From Candidatus Aerophobota bacterium (lineage in GTDB: Bacteria > Aerophobota > Aerophobia > Aerophobales > AE-B3A): DNA of 36,856 bases. The stretch covers positions 1-36,856 of the forward strand of contig JAUWXE010000003.1 in NCBI GenBank assembly GCA_030616535.1, read 5' to 3'. The notes beneath the pieces are model-generated. The model ran no database searches and was not told where the DNA came from. It worked only from the letters and a program-made list of their open reading frames with translations. Position numbers and translations under genes: made by a program. Below are positions 25,052 to 35,495 of the stretch, in pieces; the first letter of the stretch is position 1; each line of letters begins with the position of its first letter.

Positions 25052-27070
25052 CTAATGTGATTTCTTGGCTTGAGCAATTATTCTTTGAGCTATCTCATCA
25101 GGAACTCTCTCGTAATGAGAAAACTTCTTGGCAAAAGCTCCTCTCCCTTGAGTTATGCTGCGAAGCGAGGTTGAATAATTATGGAGCTCCGCCAGAGGGA
25201 CAGTTGCCCTTATCCTCTGTCTTCCTTGAGACGGCTCTACTTCTAGAATTTTTCCTCTCCGCGAGTTTAGGTCTCCGTTAGCATCCCCGAGGAACTCATC
25301 GGGGACCTCAACTTCCAGCTCTCCAATAGGCTCTAAAAGGATAGGCTTAGCCTGCTCCACTGCCTTTTTTAGCCCCATAGAGGCAGCAATATGAAAGGCT
25401 ATGTCAGAGGAATCCACGGGGTGATAGGTGCCGTCAAATAGGATGACCTCCAGGTCTACCAAGGGATAGGAGGCTAAAATTCCTTTTTTTAGGGCCTCTT
25501 TAGCTCCCTTCTCTACTGCAAGAATATAGCGAGAAGGAACCACTCCCCCTTTGATTTTGTCTATAAATCTAACCCCTTCCCCCCGAGGTAGAGGCCGAAC
25601 TCGTAGCCAAACATCCCCATATTGCCCGTGACCCCCCGTCTGGCGTTTATACTTTCCCTGTGCTTCTGCAGATACTGCAATGGTTTCTCGGTAAGGAACC
25701 CTTGGCTCCTCGGTCTGGACCTCAACATTAAATTCGGTCTTTAAGCGGTCAATCATAATCTCCAGGTGTACTTCTCCCGTTCCAGAGAGAATAGTTTGTC
25801 CCGATTCCTTGTCCGTCTCTATTTTAAGGAGGGGGTCTACTTTGACTAATTTGGCCAGGGCCATGCTCATCTTTTTCTCGTCCTTTTCTCCTTTTGGTTT
25901 AAGAGCTATGGAAGTGGTGGGTTCAGGAAACTGCAAAGGAGGAAAGGTGACCGGATTGTCTCTGGCACACAAAACATCCCCTGTATCAGTTTTTTTTAGC
26001 TTAGCTACCGCTCCTGTGTCACCAGCCACTACGTGGGGAGTTTCTTCTCTTGAGCTACCCTGCATTAGATAAATCTGGCCTATTTTTTCCTCTGTCCTTT
26101 TGGTAGAGTTATAAATAGTGGTACCCGAGGAAAAAACACCTGAAAGAACCTTAAAAAGGTTTATCTCCCCCAGATGTGCTTCAAGAAGAGTCTGAAAGAC
26201 AAAGGCAGAAGGAGGTTCCTTCTCCGCTGATTCTTTAAGTTTGGGAGAAGGTAAAAAATCTACTATGGTGTCTAAAAGAAGATCAATTCCTACATTTTTG
26301 GTGGCCGAACCAAAAAGAAGAGGAGTAAATGTATGGTTAGCAATGCCGTCTCTTAGACCCTTTTTAATTTCAGCTTCCGTTAATTCTTCTGTCTCCAGAT
26401 ATTTTTCAATGAGAGTATCATCTGTTTCGGCAACTGCTTCCAGCAATTTTTTTCTAAACTTTTCTACCTCTTTTTCTAAATCCTTAGGAATCTTTACCTC
26501 TTTAGCTTTTCCTTCCTCATACATCCTTCCCCTCATCAAGATCAGGTCAACAACTCCCAAGGAAACTTTATCGGAAGTTATGGGAATCTGTAAAGGAAGA
26601 CAAAGGCTAGAGAATTCTTTTTCTATTCTGGAGGTTAGTTCAGAAAAATCTACGGTTTCTTCGTCTATTTTGTTCAAGAATATCAAAGGGAAGACTTTTT
26701 CCTCCTCTGCATATTGCCAAGCCTTTCTGGTTTCACTACCTGTGAGGGTCGAGGGAGTGATAACCATCAGGGCTATCTCTGCCACTCTGAGCAGTGCCCG
26801 AATCTTGGGCACAAAGTCTGTAAAACCGGGTCCGTCCAAAAGATTAATCTTATGGTCCCGCCAGGGTAGATGAAAAAGGGAAGGATTTATACTGAATCCT
26901 CGTTTTTTCTCTATCTGATCATAGTCAGAGAGAGTATTTCCCTGTGCTATACTTCCCATTTTATTTATGAGCTTAGCTTGATAAAGAAAAGCTTCAACCA
27001 GGGATGTCTTTCCTGTTCCCTGACCCCCAATTATGGCTACATTTCTCAGTTTTTCAGCGAAAGTTGGCAT
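25052..27070 (-). CDS. fusA: Elongation factor G paralog (EF-G2/FusA2-like)
   Basis: All EF-G domains present (GEVHL, PYRETI, KRQTGGHGQYG, HPVDSS, ILLEP, LRSITQGRG), but G motifs are divergent: GGQGTGKTS, DGPGFTDF. Not in an rpsL-rpsG operon. Confidence 0.88.
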   Translation of the reverse strand: MPTFAEKLRNVAIIGGQGTGKTSLVEAFLYQAKLINKMGSIAQGNTLSDYDQIEKKRGFSINPSLFHLPWRDHKINLLDGPGFTDFVPKIRALLRVAEIALMVITPSTLTGSETRKAWQYAEEEKVFPLIFLNKIDEETVDFSELTSRIEKEFSSLCLPLQIPITSDKVSLGVVDLILMRGRMYEEGKAKEVKIPKDLEKEVEKFRKKLLEAVAETDDTLIEKYLETEELTEAEIKKGLRDGIANHTFTPLLFGSATKNVGIDLLLDTIVDFLPSPKLKESAEKEPPSAFVFQTLLEAHLGEINLFKVLSGVFSSGTTIYNSTKRTEEKIGQIYLMQGSSREETPHVVAGDTGAVAKLKKTDTGDVLCARDNPVTFPPLQFPEPTTSIALKPKGEKDEKKMSMALAKLVKVDPLLKIETDKESGQTILSGTGEVHLEIMIDRLKTEFNVEVQTEEPRVPYRETIAVSAEAQGKYKRQTGGHGQYGDVWLRVRPLPRGEGVRFIDKIKGGVVPSRYILAVEKGAKEALKKGILASYPLVDLEVILFDGTYHPVDSSDIAFHIAASMGLKKAVEQAKPILLEPIGELEVEVPDEFLGDANGDLNSRRGKILEVEPSQGRQRIRATVPLAELHNYSTSLRSITQGRGAFAKKFSHYERVPDEIAQRIIAQAKKSH

Positions 27071-27091
27071 ACTGGGCCTCCAGTATTTGGG

Positions 27092-28219
27092 CTATTTGGT
27101 GGTTGCCTTATATTGAATTTCTTTTTTTTGTCCCCCAGGAACTTCAACCTCATACACAACAAGATTTTCTTCTTTTATATAATTTTCAGGTCTACTTTCT
27201 AAAATAGTCCATTCTCCATAAAAATGTTCCACGACTTGCACCGTCATAGATAGGTTGGCTGAGTTATAAAGAATTATCTTATAGCTAAATTCCTTCTCAG
27301 AGGTTGGTAGTTGCTGATAAGAAGTCTGAACTCTCTCCCCTTTCAAGTCCTTCGCTTCTCCTAAAAAAATTCTCACCTCTCTCTCGGGAGGAGTCTCGGG
27401 AAGAATATCCTGACCAATAAAGTTTATCTTGTCTCCCAGGCCCATCTTATAAACATAGACCGGACCCTGGGGAAGAGGCGTACCTAATCCGAGATCGGGT
27501 GAATTTTTTAATAAAAGTTCCTCTCTCACCTCCTCCCCATATTTTGCTCCATCAAAAAGATAGACCTTTTTTATGGGGATGCCTCTAGCGGTGAAAAGTA
27601 GGATTCTTTTCTTTTCACCTAATCTAAGAGTGATGGGATAGGTAACAGAATAAGAAAAATTTTGTGAGTCAGAAAGATAAGATTCTAATGGATTTCCTCT
27701 TGAGGCTGGTTTCTCGGCCTCCTGCTCGATCTGCCAAGGCAATTGCGTGGTTAAAGTTAGATAAACCTGAGAGAAGTTCACTCCACTTTTGTTTTCTACA
27801 GTTGCCCAGGCTGATAGATCCATAAATCTATCCTCTTTGTCTACCGCAACCTGATAACTCACTTTCCAATCCAGTCCAGTAGTTAGGTAAACAACTCTTA
27901 GAGTGGTTTCTTCTTCCTTTTCCGACCTTACTTTCCACGAAAGTAACGAATTAGAGCTATATTCTTGTTCTAGAAATTGACATCCCTCTGCCTGAGGGTA
28001 AACTGAATCCAGAATCATTCCTTTTTCCACCGGGCCAATAGTTATTTCATTAATCCCGACTTTTAACTTTATTATGCTTATCTTTTCAACTAAATTAAGA
28101 TTGTTAGGGAAAATGGTTATTCTGGTTATCGGCTCCTGGGCCCTTACCAGAAGCGGTAAGTAGAGACAAAGGACAGCAACCTCTGCTAACAGAAAAATAA
28201 TTCCTATTTTTTTACTCAC
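27092..28219 (-). CDS. Exported DUF4139-domain protein
   Basis: N-terminal signal/TM segment, YLTTGLDW..SY, WATVENKSG, LGTPLPQG...VY, FIGQD...TP. Confidence 0.7.
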   Translation of the reverse strand: MSKKIGIIFLLAEVAVLCLYLPLLVRAQEPITRITIFPNNLNLVEKISIIKLKVGINEITIGPVEKGMILDSVYPQAEGCQFLEQEYSSNSLLSWKVRSEKEEETTLRVVYLTTGLDWKVSYQVAVDKEDRFMDLSAWATVENKSGVNFSQVYLTLTTQLPWQIEQEAEKPASRGNPLESYLSDSQNFSYSVTYPITLRLGEKKRILLFTARGIPIKKVYLFDGAKYGEEVREELLLKNSPDLGLGTPLPQGPVYVYKMGLGDKINFIGQDILPETPPEREVRIFLGEAKDLKGERVQTSYQQLPTSEKEFSYKIILYNSANLSMTVQVVEHFYGEWTILESRPENYIKEENLVVYEVEVPGGQKKEIQYKATTK

Positions 28220-28235
28220 TAGGATTCTCTTTTCT

Positions 28236-29222
28236 TTACCATTCTATGGCTAAGGAGGCCCAGGTGAGCCCGCCTCCGAATGAGGTGAGGACTACCTTGT
28301 CTCCTTTTTTTATCTTTTTCTGGCGCACTGCCTGATCCAAGGCTACAGCACAAGAAGCGGCCGACATATTCCCACATTGATCCAGATTTACATATACTCT
28401 ATCCATACTCAGGCCTATCCTTTTGGCTACTGCTTTAATGATACGAAGATTAGCCTGGTGTGGGATAAAAAAATCTACGTCTTCATAGGTAAGGTCTCCC
28501 TTCTGTAAAGAGACATCTACTGCTCGAACCATTATCTTCACGGCTCTTTTGAATAGCTCATTTCCCCGCATTTTCATATAATGTTGTCTATTCTTTACTG
28601 TCTCAAAGGTGGCCGGTAGCCTCGAACCACCTGCCGGGACCCCTACCAAATTCGCCCCTTCTCCATCTGCTCCCAAATAGCTAGAGATTATTCCACTACC
28701 GTCATCAGATGGTCTCAAGATAGCCGCTCCAGCTCCGTCGGCAAAGATAACACAGGTGTTTCGGTCTTCCCAGTCGATGATCTTGGAAAGAGTTTCTGCG
28801 GCTACAACCAGGATGGTATTATAAGTTCGGGTGGCAATAAACTGACTTCCTATGCTAAGCCCATAAAGAAAACCGGAACAGGCAGCCTCCAGATCAAAGG
28901 AAGCGACCTTGCCCATCCCTAATCTTTCCTGAAGAATGCAGGCAGTAGCAGGGAAGATCATATCTGGGGTAATGGTGGCTACTATGATCATATCCAGGTC
29001 CTGAGGTTCAATTTTAGCGGCCTCTATTGCCATCCTAGAAGCCTTGTAAGCTAAATCTGATGCTGCCTCATCTTTATCAGCGATTCGCCTTTCTTTAATT
29101 CCAGTTCTGGTAGATATCCATTCATCGGAGGTATTCACCATCTTCTCCAAATCGGCATTGGTCAAAACTTTATCGGGAATGTAGGATCCCGTTCCGACTA
29201 TCTTCGTTTTCCTCATTTTCAT
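28236..29222 (-). CDS. fabH: 3-oxoacyl-ACP synthase III
   Basis: TSDEWI..RTGIKERR, AACSGF, DGAGA, PHQANLRI, GNMSAAS, FGGGLTW. Confidence 0.96.
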   Translation of the reverse strand: MKMRKTKIVGTGSYIPDKVLTNADLEKMVNTSDEWISTRTGIKERRIADKDEAASDLAYKASRMAIEAAKIEPQDLDMIIVATITPDMIFPATACILQERLGMGKVASFDLEAACSGFLYGLSIGSQFIATRTYNTILVVAAETLSKIIDWEDRNTCVIFADGAGAAILRPSDDGSGIISSYLGADGEGANLVGVPAGGSRLPATFETVKNRQHYMKMRGNELFKRAVKIMVRAVDVSLQKGDLTYEDVDFFIPHQANLRIIKAVAKRIGLSMDRVYVNLDQCGNMSAASCAVALDQAVRQKKIKKGDKVVLTSFGGGLTWASLAIEW

Positions 29223-30225
29223 TCTCCATCTCTCTATTTCTCGCCAAAACTTTCTCTATATGGTAATTCATCTTTTCCTTGGCAAATTGGAAACTTTCAA
29301 GAACAGCGTTTTTGATGGCTTTGCTTGAAGAAGCACCATGGGCAATTACGCAGACTCCATTCACCCCTAAAAGAGGAACCCCACCATACTCGGCATAATC
29401 GAGGTTTTTGTTTACCTGTATCAGCCACCCACGAGAAAGAATCCCCCCTAAGCCAGCCAAGCTACTCCTTGCCAATTCATTTATTATGGAAAGCGCAGTT
29501 TTTGCAAATCCCTCGGCAAACTTTAAGATGATGTTTCCTATAAATCCATCACATACAACTACCTCCACCTTCCCGCTGGTAATATCCCTGCCTTCTATGT
29601 TCCCCACAAAATTCAAAGAAGATTCTTTCATAAGCTTAAAGGCTTGAAGAACCAGATCGTTTCCTTTGTTCTCCTCCTCCCCAATGCTGAGCAGTCCCAC
29701 TCGAGGAGTTCTTATACGGAGTATCTTATACGCATATATACTTCCCATCATAGCAAATTGAAGTAGGTGATAAGGCCGACAATCAACATTGGCCCCTACA
29801 TCCAAAAGAACCACTTTTTTTCCATTTAAAGTAGGGAAAACCGCAGCCAAACAAGGGCGCTTCACTCCCTTCAATTTCCCCAGCTTAAATAGACTCGCTG
29901 TCATCACTGCGCCGGTATTGCCTGCGCTGACCAATGCTTCTGCTTTTTTCTGGTTGAGTAAGTTCACAGCTACCGCTATGGAAGAATTCTTCTTCTCTTT
30001 TAAGGAGGCAGTGGCCGAATCAGTCATCTTAACTACCTGAGGGGCATGAACTATAGAAAAGGGGACCTCTTTAAAATGAGAGAGCCTGATCTCCTCCTCA
30101 ATCTTGTCCTTGTCTCCTACCAGAATTATTTCTATCTGAGGCGCCTCTTGTACTGCTCTAATAGCCCCCTCTACTACAATACCGATGCCTCTCTCGGCAC
30201 CCATAGCGTCAACGGCTATACGCAC
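29170..30225 (-). CDS. plsX: Phosphate acyltransferase PlsX
   Basis: IAVDAMG, SAGNTGA, LDVGANVD, GEEENKG, CDGFIGN, HGAS. Confidence 0.96.
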   Translation of the reverse strand: MRIAVDAMGAERGIGIVVEGAIRAVQEAPQIEIILVGDKDKIEEEIRLSHFKEVPFSIVHAPQVVKMTDSATASLKEKKNSSIAVAVNLLNQKKAEALVSAGNTGAVMTASLFKLGKLKGVKRPCLAAVFPTLNGKKVVLLDVGANVDCRPYHLLQFAMMGSIYAYKILRIRTPRVGLLSIGEEENKGNDLVLQAFKLMKESSLNFVGNIEGRDITSGKVEVVVCDGFIGNIILKFAEGFAKTALSIINELARSSLAGLGGILSRGWLIQVNKNLDYAEYGGVPLLGVNGVCVIAHGASSSKAIKNAVLESFQFAKEKMNYHIEKVLARNREMENENEENEDSRNGILHSR

Positions 30226-30227
30226 GA

Positions 30228-30434
30228 CTAGCCGGCCTCCTCTGCTTTTTTTTTCTTTTCTTTCACGATGAATGCCTGTCTACCTTTATAATAACCACAT
30301 TTTGGGCAAGCAAAGTGAGGCAGTGTGGGAGCCTTACACTGAGGACAAGCTGCAAGACGTGGGGATACGAGCTTGTCTTGCGAGACTCTACTTCTTTTTC
30401 GTGATTTTGAACGTTTTTTTTTAGGAACACCCAT
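30228..30434 (-). CDS. rpmF: 50S ribosomal protein L32
   Basis: MGVPKKKRSKSR, CPQC...PH..CPKCGYYKG. Immediately upstream of plsX. Confidence 0.96.
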   Translation of the reverse strand: MGVPKKKRSKSRKRSRVSQDKLVSPRLAACPQCKAPTLPHFACPKCGYYKGRQAFIVKEKKKKAEEAG

Positions 30435-32526
30435 TTCTCAACCTCAATCGGGCATCAACAACCACTCCTCCTTTTTCCCAAACTACTAGAGGATTGGCCT
30501 CTATTTCTAAAATCCGAGGGAAATCACATACCAGTTGAGAAAGTCTTAACAGCGCTTCTTCGACTTCCATTGCATCGGAGGGGGGTTCTTCCCTTACCCC
30601 TTTTAGTAATTTGGAGATTACCTTGGTCTCCTCAATCATCTCCTTAGTCCAGGAAGGGGTAAGAGGAACGAGTTTGGTGGAAACATCTCTATAAATCTCT
30701 ACGTATTTTCCTCCCAGCCCAAATTTAATGAGATGCCCAAAAACATCATCCCAGGAAACTCCTATAAGAACTTCTTTTCCTTCTTTAACCATGGGCTGAA
30801 TAGAAATCCCTCTTATTCTGTTATCTTCCACTATTTTTTTGGCCATTTCCCTTAGCTTGCAAAATGATGTTTCCACATCGGTGGGTTTTAGGTTTAGCAG
30901 AACCCCTCCGGTATCAGATTTATGCGATATAACGGGGGATTCGATCTTCATAGCCAGGGATGAATTTAGTCTTTCTGCTACCTCAAGGGCCTCATCTAGC
31001 TCCTTTACCAGATAATTCTCCACGGTGGGAATGCCGTAAGCTTTCATTATCTGGAGCGCTCTTTCTCCTCCAATTTCGAGATATCCCTCTTTTATCGATT
31101 CATTCAGAATGTGGTCAACTCGGGATTTGCTCACCGGGAAGGTCTTTACTACCTCCACTGGTCTTTTTAACCACTCACCATATCTAAACATCGCTTCAAA
31201 GACTCTGATAGCGTCTTCTGGATCTCCATAATTGGGAATTCCATTATTTCGTAAAATCTCTACGGCGCGTTTTATCTTCTTCTGACCCATAAAGCAGGTA
31301 AGGATAGTTTTTTTAGTTTCTGGGCAAATTTTTATTATTATGCTGGCTGTTTCATCCTCATCAGAACCACTTTGAGGTGTCAATAAAACTATGACTCCAT
31401 CCACATTTGGGTCAGTGAGAATTGCCTCCAGAGCAATCTCATACCTATCAGATTTAGCATCTCCCAAAATATCCACGGGATTAGCCAAGGAACTATCCTG
31501 GGGTAGTTTTTCCTTAAGTCTTTCCTTGGTCTGGTCCTCCAGGTTAGCCAACTCCAGAGAAAACTGCTCACAAGCATCGGCAGCCATAATGCCTGCCCCA
31601 CCCCCATTGGTTAGTAGAAGAACTCTCCTTCCTTGAGGAATTGGCTGAGAGGAAAACCCCCGAGCAAGATCAATTGCTTCCCGCAGAGAATTAGCTCTAA
31701 TTATTCCCGAGGCTTCGAAAGCTACGTCATAAGCCTCATCCTGTCCGGCTAAGGATCCTGTGTGGGAGGAAGCTGCTCTTTTTCCACCCTCTGATCGACC
31801 GGCCTTTATCATTATCACAGGCTTTCGGGACGTAACCTCCTTGGCCACTGAGATAAAATCTCTTCCTCTTCCAATACCTTCCAGGTACCCCAAGATAACA
31901 TCTGTCTCAGCATCATCCTTAAGCATGGCTAAAAAATCTACCTCATCTAAATCGGCCTTGTTGCCAAGACTGATAAACTTGGAAAGACCTATTCCTTCCC
32001 CTTCAGCCTTATCGAGAATAGCACAGCCTAGGGCACCTGATTGAGAGAGGAAGGCAATATTTCCCGGTGGAGGATTGGCAGGAGCAAAGGAAGCATTAAG
32101 ATGATGATGAGCATCGATTATGCCTAAAACATTGGGCCCAAGGATACGAATTCCCAGGTTCCTCGAGAGCTTGAACAGTTGTGATTCAAGCTCAGCTCCT
32201 TGCTCGCCCACTTCCTTAAAGCCGGCACTGATGATAACTACCGAATCGATCCCCTTGGCTCCACAATCCTGAATCACCGAGGGGACCCATCGGCTCGGGA
32301 CAACTACGATAGCCAAATCGATAGAGTGGGGGACCTCAACTAGATTGGGGTAAGCTTTGATTCCCATTATCCGGGTAGTGGAATCAGCCTTAGCATTTAT
32401 AGGGAAAATTCTCCCCGGGAATCCACCTTTCAATAGATTTTCCAGGATCTGATTTCCCAATTTCATTTCCTTGATAGATGCGCCTACCACCGCTACCGAA
32501 TCGGGCTTAAAAAATTTTTCTAGCAA
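30421..32526 (-). CDS. ADP-forming acetate/acyl-CoA synthetase, fused alpha-beta subunits
   Basis: CoA-binding domain (AVVGAS, SAGFKE, GPN), SQSGA, phospho-His motif SHTGSLAG, TNGGG.G, NPVD, ATP-grasp HKSD.GGV, EANPL. No GNAT domain. Confidence 0.9.
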   Translation of the reverse strand: MLEKFFKPDSVAVVGASIKEMKLGNQILENLLKGGFPGRIFPINAKADSTTRIMGIKAYPNLVEVPHSIDLAIVVVPSRWVPSVIQDCGAKGIDSVVIISAGFKEVGEQGAELESQLFKLSRNLGIRILGPNVLGIIDAHHHLNASFAPANPPPGNIAFLSQSGALGCAILDKAEGEGIGLSKFISLGNKADLDEVDFLAMLKDDAETDVILGYLEGIGRGRDFISVAKEVTSRKPVIMIKAGRSEGGKRAASSHTGSLAGQDEAYDVAFEASGIIRANSLREAIDLARGFSSQPIPQGRRVLLLTNGGGAGIMAADACEQFSLELANLEDQTKERLKEKLPQDSSLANPVDILGDAKSDRYEIALEAILTDPNVDGVIVLLTPQSGSDEDETASIIIKICPETKKTILTCFMGQKKIKRAVEILRNNGIPNYGDPEDAIRVFEAMFRYGEWLKRPVEVVKTFPVSKSRVDHILNESIKEGYLEIGGERALQIMKAYGIPTVENYLVKELDEALEVAERLNSSLAMKIESPVISHKSDTGGVLLNLKPTDVETSFCKLREMAKKIVEDNRIRGISIQPMVKEGKEVLIGVSWDDVFGHLIKFGLGGKYVEIYRDVSTKLVPLTPSWTKEMIEETKVISKLLKGVREEPPSDAMEVEEALLRLSQLVCDFPRILEIEANPLVVWEKGGVVVDARLRLRNGCS

Positions 32527-32542
32527 TTTTTCCCTTTTTTAA

Positions 32543-32571
32543 AATCTACCATACCTTCTTTCTTTGGTCAA
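32543..32571 (-). promoter_or_regulatory. Sigma70-type promoter for acd-rpmF-plsX-fabH
   Basis: Minus strand TTGACC, 17-bp spacer, TAGATT, with an extended -10 TG. Confidence 0.6.
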
Positions 32572-32606
32572 GAGAATCTCGTGATTCTATCCGAAGTGAG
32601 GTTCTT

Positions 32607-33107
32607 TTAAACTTTAAGTTTTTCCAAAAGCTTTTCTCTTACCAAATCGGGGATTAAATCCCGGGTACTACCACCTAATTTGACGATCTCCTTGATTATG
32701 CTGGAGGAAAGGTAGGAGTAATGCTGGTTGGTCATAAGGTAGACAGTTTCAATCTTAGAGTTTAGTTTTCTATTCATCAGGTCCATTTGGAACTCATGCT
32801 CAAAATCAGAAAGAGCCCGCAGGCCCCTGATGATGAAACGAGCTTCTTTTTTCTCAGCGTAATGAACAAGTAAGCCTTGAAAACTCTCAACCTCTATTTC
32901 AGGACAACCTTTAAGAACCTCCCGGATCAACTTAACCCTCTCTTTTGCCGTAAATAAAAATTCCTTTAAAGGATTATCGTTAACGGCTATAATTATCTTA
33001 TCAAATAAAGATTTACTCCTTTTCAGGATATCCAGGTGCCCATTGGTAATGGGATCAAAACTTCCCGGATAAACGGCAATCCTGCGTGTAGTAGAAGATT
33101 GGTCCAT
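32607..33107 (-). CDS. coaD: Phosphopantetheine adenylyltransferase
   Basis: YPGSFDPITNGH, RGLRALSDFE, LSSS. Confidence 0.97.
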   Translation of the reverse strand: MDQSSTTRRIAVYPGSFDPITNGHLDILKRSKSLFDKIIIAVNDNPLKEFLFTAKERVKLIREVLKGCPEIEVESFQGLLVHYAEKKEARFIIRGLRALSDFEHEFQMDLMNRKLNSKIETVYLMTNQHYSYLSSSIIKEIVKLGGSTRDLIPDLVREKLLEKLKV

Positions 33108-33110
33108 CTC

Positions 33111-33983
33111 TTACTCTTTTGAGGCAAAATAGTCTTCTAAAATCTGTCGGTGATCGAAGGCTAGATCTTGAGGAAGTTCTTCCCTTCCGAAAACTTTTAT
33201 TTTTTTGGCATCATCTCTAGCTTTCAGTTTTCCTTGCCCTCTGGCAGTAAAAACAGTGGTGATGGTGTGACAGCGTGGATCTCTTTTGGGATTGGAATAG
33301 ACACGAAACTGCCGCAGCTCCTTTATCTCTAGATTGGTCTCTTCCTTGGTTTCTCGCCGAGCAGCCTCTTCTAAAGATTCTCCATAATTTACAAATCCTC
33401 CCGGTAAAGCCCACCCGGAGGGTGGATTCTTTCTGTTTATCAAAACAATTCCTTTGTCCTTCTCCACTATGGTATCCACCGTAGGAACAGGGTTACGGAA
33501 GGTTCGAAAGGAATCACTTATAATTTCCCTATGAGAAGAAAATGCAAGGGGAGGAAGGTGATTCTTAGGAAAAGACTTAACCTCGTTTACTTCCTTTCCC
33601 GGAGAGTAAATCCGTGATTGAAAAGTTATCTTGTATCCAATGATAACTACTGGTCTATAGAGTTCTGATTTACTTCGGTATACCCCTATCAATCCGGCTA
33701 GTTCTCCTTTTATCCCTATCTCTTCCTCTATTTCCCTTAGGACAGCTTCTCCCGGTGATTCATCTTCTTCCATGAATCCTCCCGGTAAGGCCCATTTTCC
33801 TTTGCCAGGATCAATACCCCTCCGTATCAACAGTATCTGTTCATCATCTCTGGATAAGACTCCCACAACTACAGGAAGAGGATTTCGATAGTGAACGCTG
33901 CCACACTGCCGGCAAACCAGCCTACTGCGACTGTCGATTTCTTTAGCCTCAAGCACTCCTCCACACTCAATACAATATTGCAT
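33111..33983 (-). CDS. Zn-ribbon plus tandem Nudix hydrolase
   Basis: CIEC...CRQC, followed by two Nudix boxes (GGFMEEDES...REIEEEIG and GGFVNYGES...RETKEETN), RDPR, LAFDH. Confidence 0.88.
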   Translation of the reverse strand: MQYCIECGGVLEAKEIDSRSRLVCRQCGSVHYRNPLPVVVGVLSRDDEQILLIRRGIDPGKGKWALPGGFMEEDESPGEAVLREIEEEIGIKGELAGLIGVYRSKSELYRPVVIIGYKITFQSRIYSPGKEVNEVKSFPKNHLPPLAFSSHREIISDSFRTFRNPVPTVDTIVEKDKGIVLINRKNPPSGWALPGGFVNYGESLEEAARRETKEETNLEIKELRQFRVYSNPKRDPRCHTITTVFTARGQGKLKARDDAKKIKVFGREELPQDLAFDHRQILEDYFASKE

Positions 33984-34125
33984 AATTTAGCTCATGATCA
34001 GATTTTCTTTTAGCTGAAGGAAGGCCTCTTCATTATTTATGCAGCCTGGATCAGGCGCCTTGTAGTCGATCGAGATTCACCCGGCTTTTTAGAAAGAATT
34101 CTATTAAGTAGCTTAGATCCATAGT

Positions 34126-35472
34126 CTATCCCTTAGCTGGATCTTTTGCCCTTTTTGCTCTCTTAAATATGCGTCTGTAGGCTAAATTCACGGTAAGCAG
34201 AGGACCGAGAAATCTCCATTTTCTCCCGGAGATCTTACCGGACAGTCTCCTGAAAATACCAGGAAAGCTATAGATATGTTGGTAGGCCCAGGTGAATCCC
34301 TCCTTTAATTCCTGGGGAGTCATCAGCTTAGGTTTGAAGACCACATTGGCTATGTCATAGTTGGACCAGTCATGGTCGATGATCCTTCCCTCCTTGGACA
34401 GTTTGCTGAACAGCCGGGTACCTGGAAAAGGTGTAAGAATTCCAAATTGCACGACATCTAGCTTCACTTTTTTTATAAAATTGACTGTTTTTTTAAAGAT
34501 ACTTTTGTCATCATTATCAAACCCGAAGATAAAGGCCCCCTCCAGAAAGATGCCAACCTGATGAAATCTCTCAATGGCTTTCTTATAAAAACTTATCTTA
34601 TTTTGTGGTTTATCCGCTTCTCTCAAGGAGGAAGGAGAAATAGACTCGAAGCCAACAAAAAGGGCCTTACAGCCGGATTGTGCGGCAAGTCCTAAGAGTT
34701 CCAGGTCCTGAGCAACGTTGATGGAAGCCTGGCCCACCCAAGCTAACCTATACGGAATTAAGGCTCGAAATAGTTCCTTGGCATATTTCACATTTCCCAT
34801 GATATTATCATCTAAAAAGCCAATAAAACGACTATAAAGAGACCTACCTACTAAACTTTTAATCTCGGCAACTACGTCTTTTACGGGACGAAAACGGTAT
34901 TTTTTACCGAAGAACTTACTTACTGAACAAAAAGAGCAATCAAAGGGACAACCTCGACTTACCTGCAGTACCCGGGTGATGATGTATTTATTTTTCTTAA
35001 GGAGAGATCTTCGGGGAAGGCAAATTTGAGAAAGATCGACTCGCCGCCCATCTTGATAGAACGGCTTAAGCGTTTCTTTTCCTCCTCTTTTAAAATCCTC
35101 GATTAGCCTGGGCCAGGTGAGCTCCGCCTCCCCAATTACCACTGCATCAGTGTGCTGAATGGCCTCCTCAGGTAAAGCACTAGGATGCATCCCTCCTAAT
35201 ACCACCGGGACCCCCTTTTCTCTGAACCTATCTGCTATCTCATAGGCCCGGGGGGCAGTAGCAGTCATAGAAGTTATTCCTACCAGATCCGCTTCTTTGT
35301 TAAAATTAATCTCTTCCACATTTTCATCAATTAGCTCTATCTCTACTTCAGGAGGAGTTACCGCTGCTACCGCCAAAAGAGATAGTTGAGGAAACTTAAA
35401 GACCTTTCCTCTCTTCATTCTCTTTTCCTTGACCTGGATTTTCCAGGTAGGAGAGATTAAAATTATTTTCAT
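34126..35472 (-). CDS. B12-binding-domain radical SAM protein
   Basis: N-terminal cobalamin-binding fold (LVGITS, VVLGGMHPS, GEAE), SRGCPFDCSFC, DDN, GFES, TPFPGT. Confidence 0.9.
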   Translation of the reverse strand: MKIILISPTWKIQVKEKRMKRGKVFKFPQLSLLAVAAVTPPEVEIELIDENVEEINFNKEADLVGITSMTATAPRAYEIADRFREKGVPVVLGGMHPSALPEEAIQHTDAVVIGEAELTWPRLIEDFKRGGKETLKPFYQDGRRVDLSQICLPRRSLLKKNKYIITRVLQVSRGCPFDCSFCSVSKFFGKKYRFRPVKDVVAEIKSLVGRSLYSRFIGFLDDNIMGNVKYAKELFRALIPYRLAWVGQASINVAQDLELLGLAAQSGCKALFVGFESISPSSLREADKPQNKISFYKKAIERFHQVGIFLEGAFIFGFDNDDKSIFKKTVNFIKKVKLDVVQFGILTPFPGTRLFSKLSKEGRIIDHDWSNYDIANVVFKPKLMTPQELKEGFTWAYQHIYSFPGIFRRLSGKISGRKWRFLGPLLTVNLAYRRIFKRAKRAKDPAKG

Positions 35473-35495
35473 CTTCCTTCCTTATATCTTCTAGT

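Noticed and set aside
26241-26873. 210-aa plus-strand ORF and the other short nested ORFs in the track
   Set aside because: They are antisense or out-of-frame shadows of well-supported genes, with no recognisable motifs.
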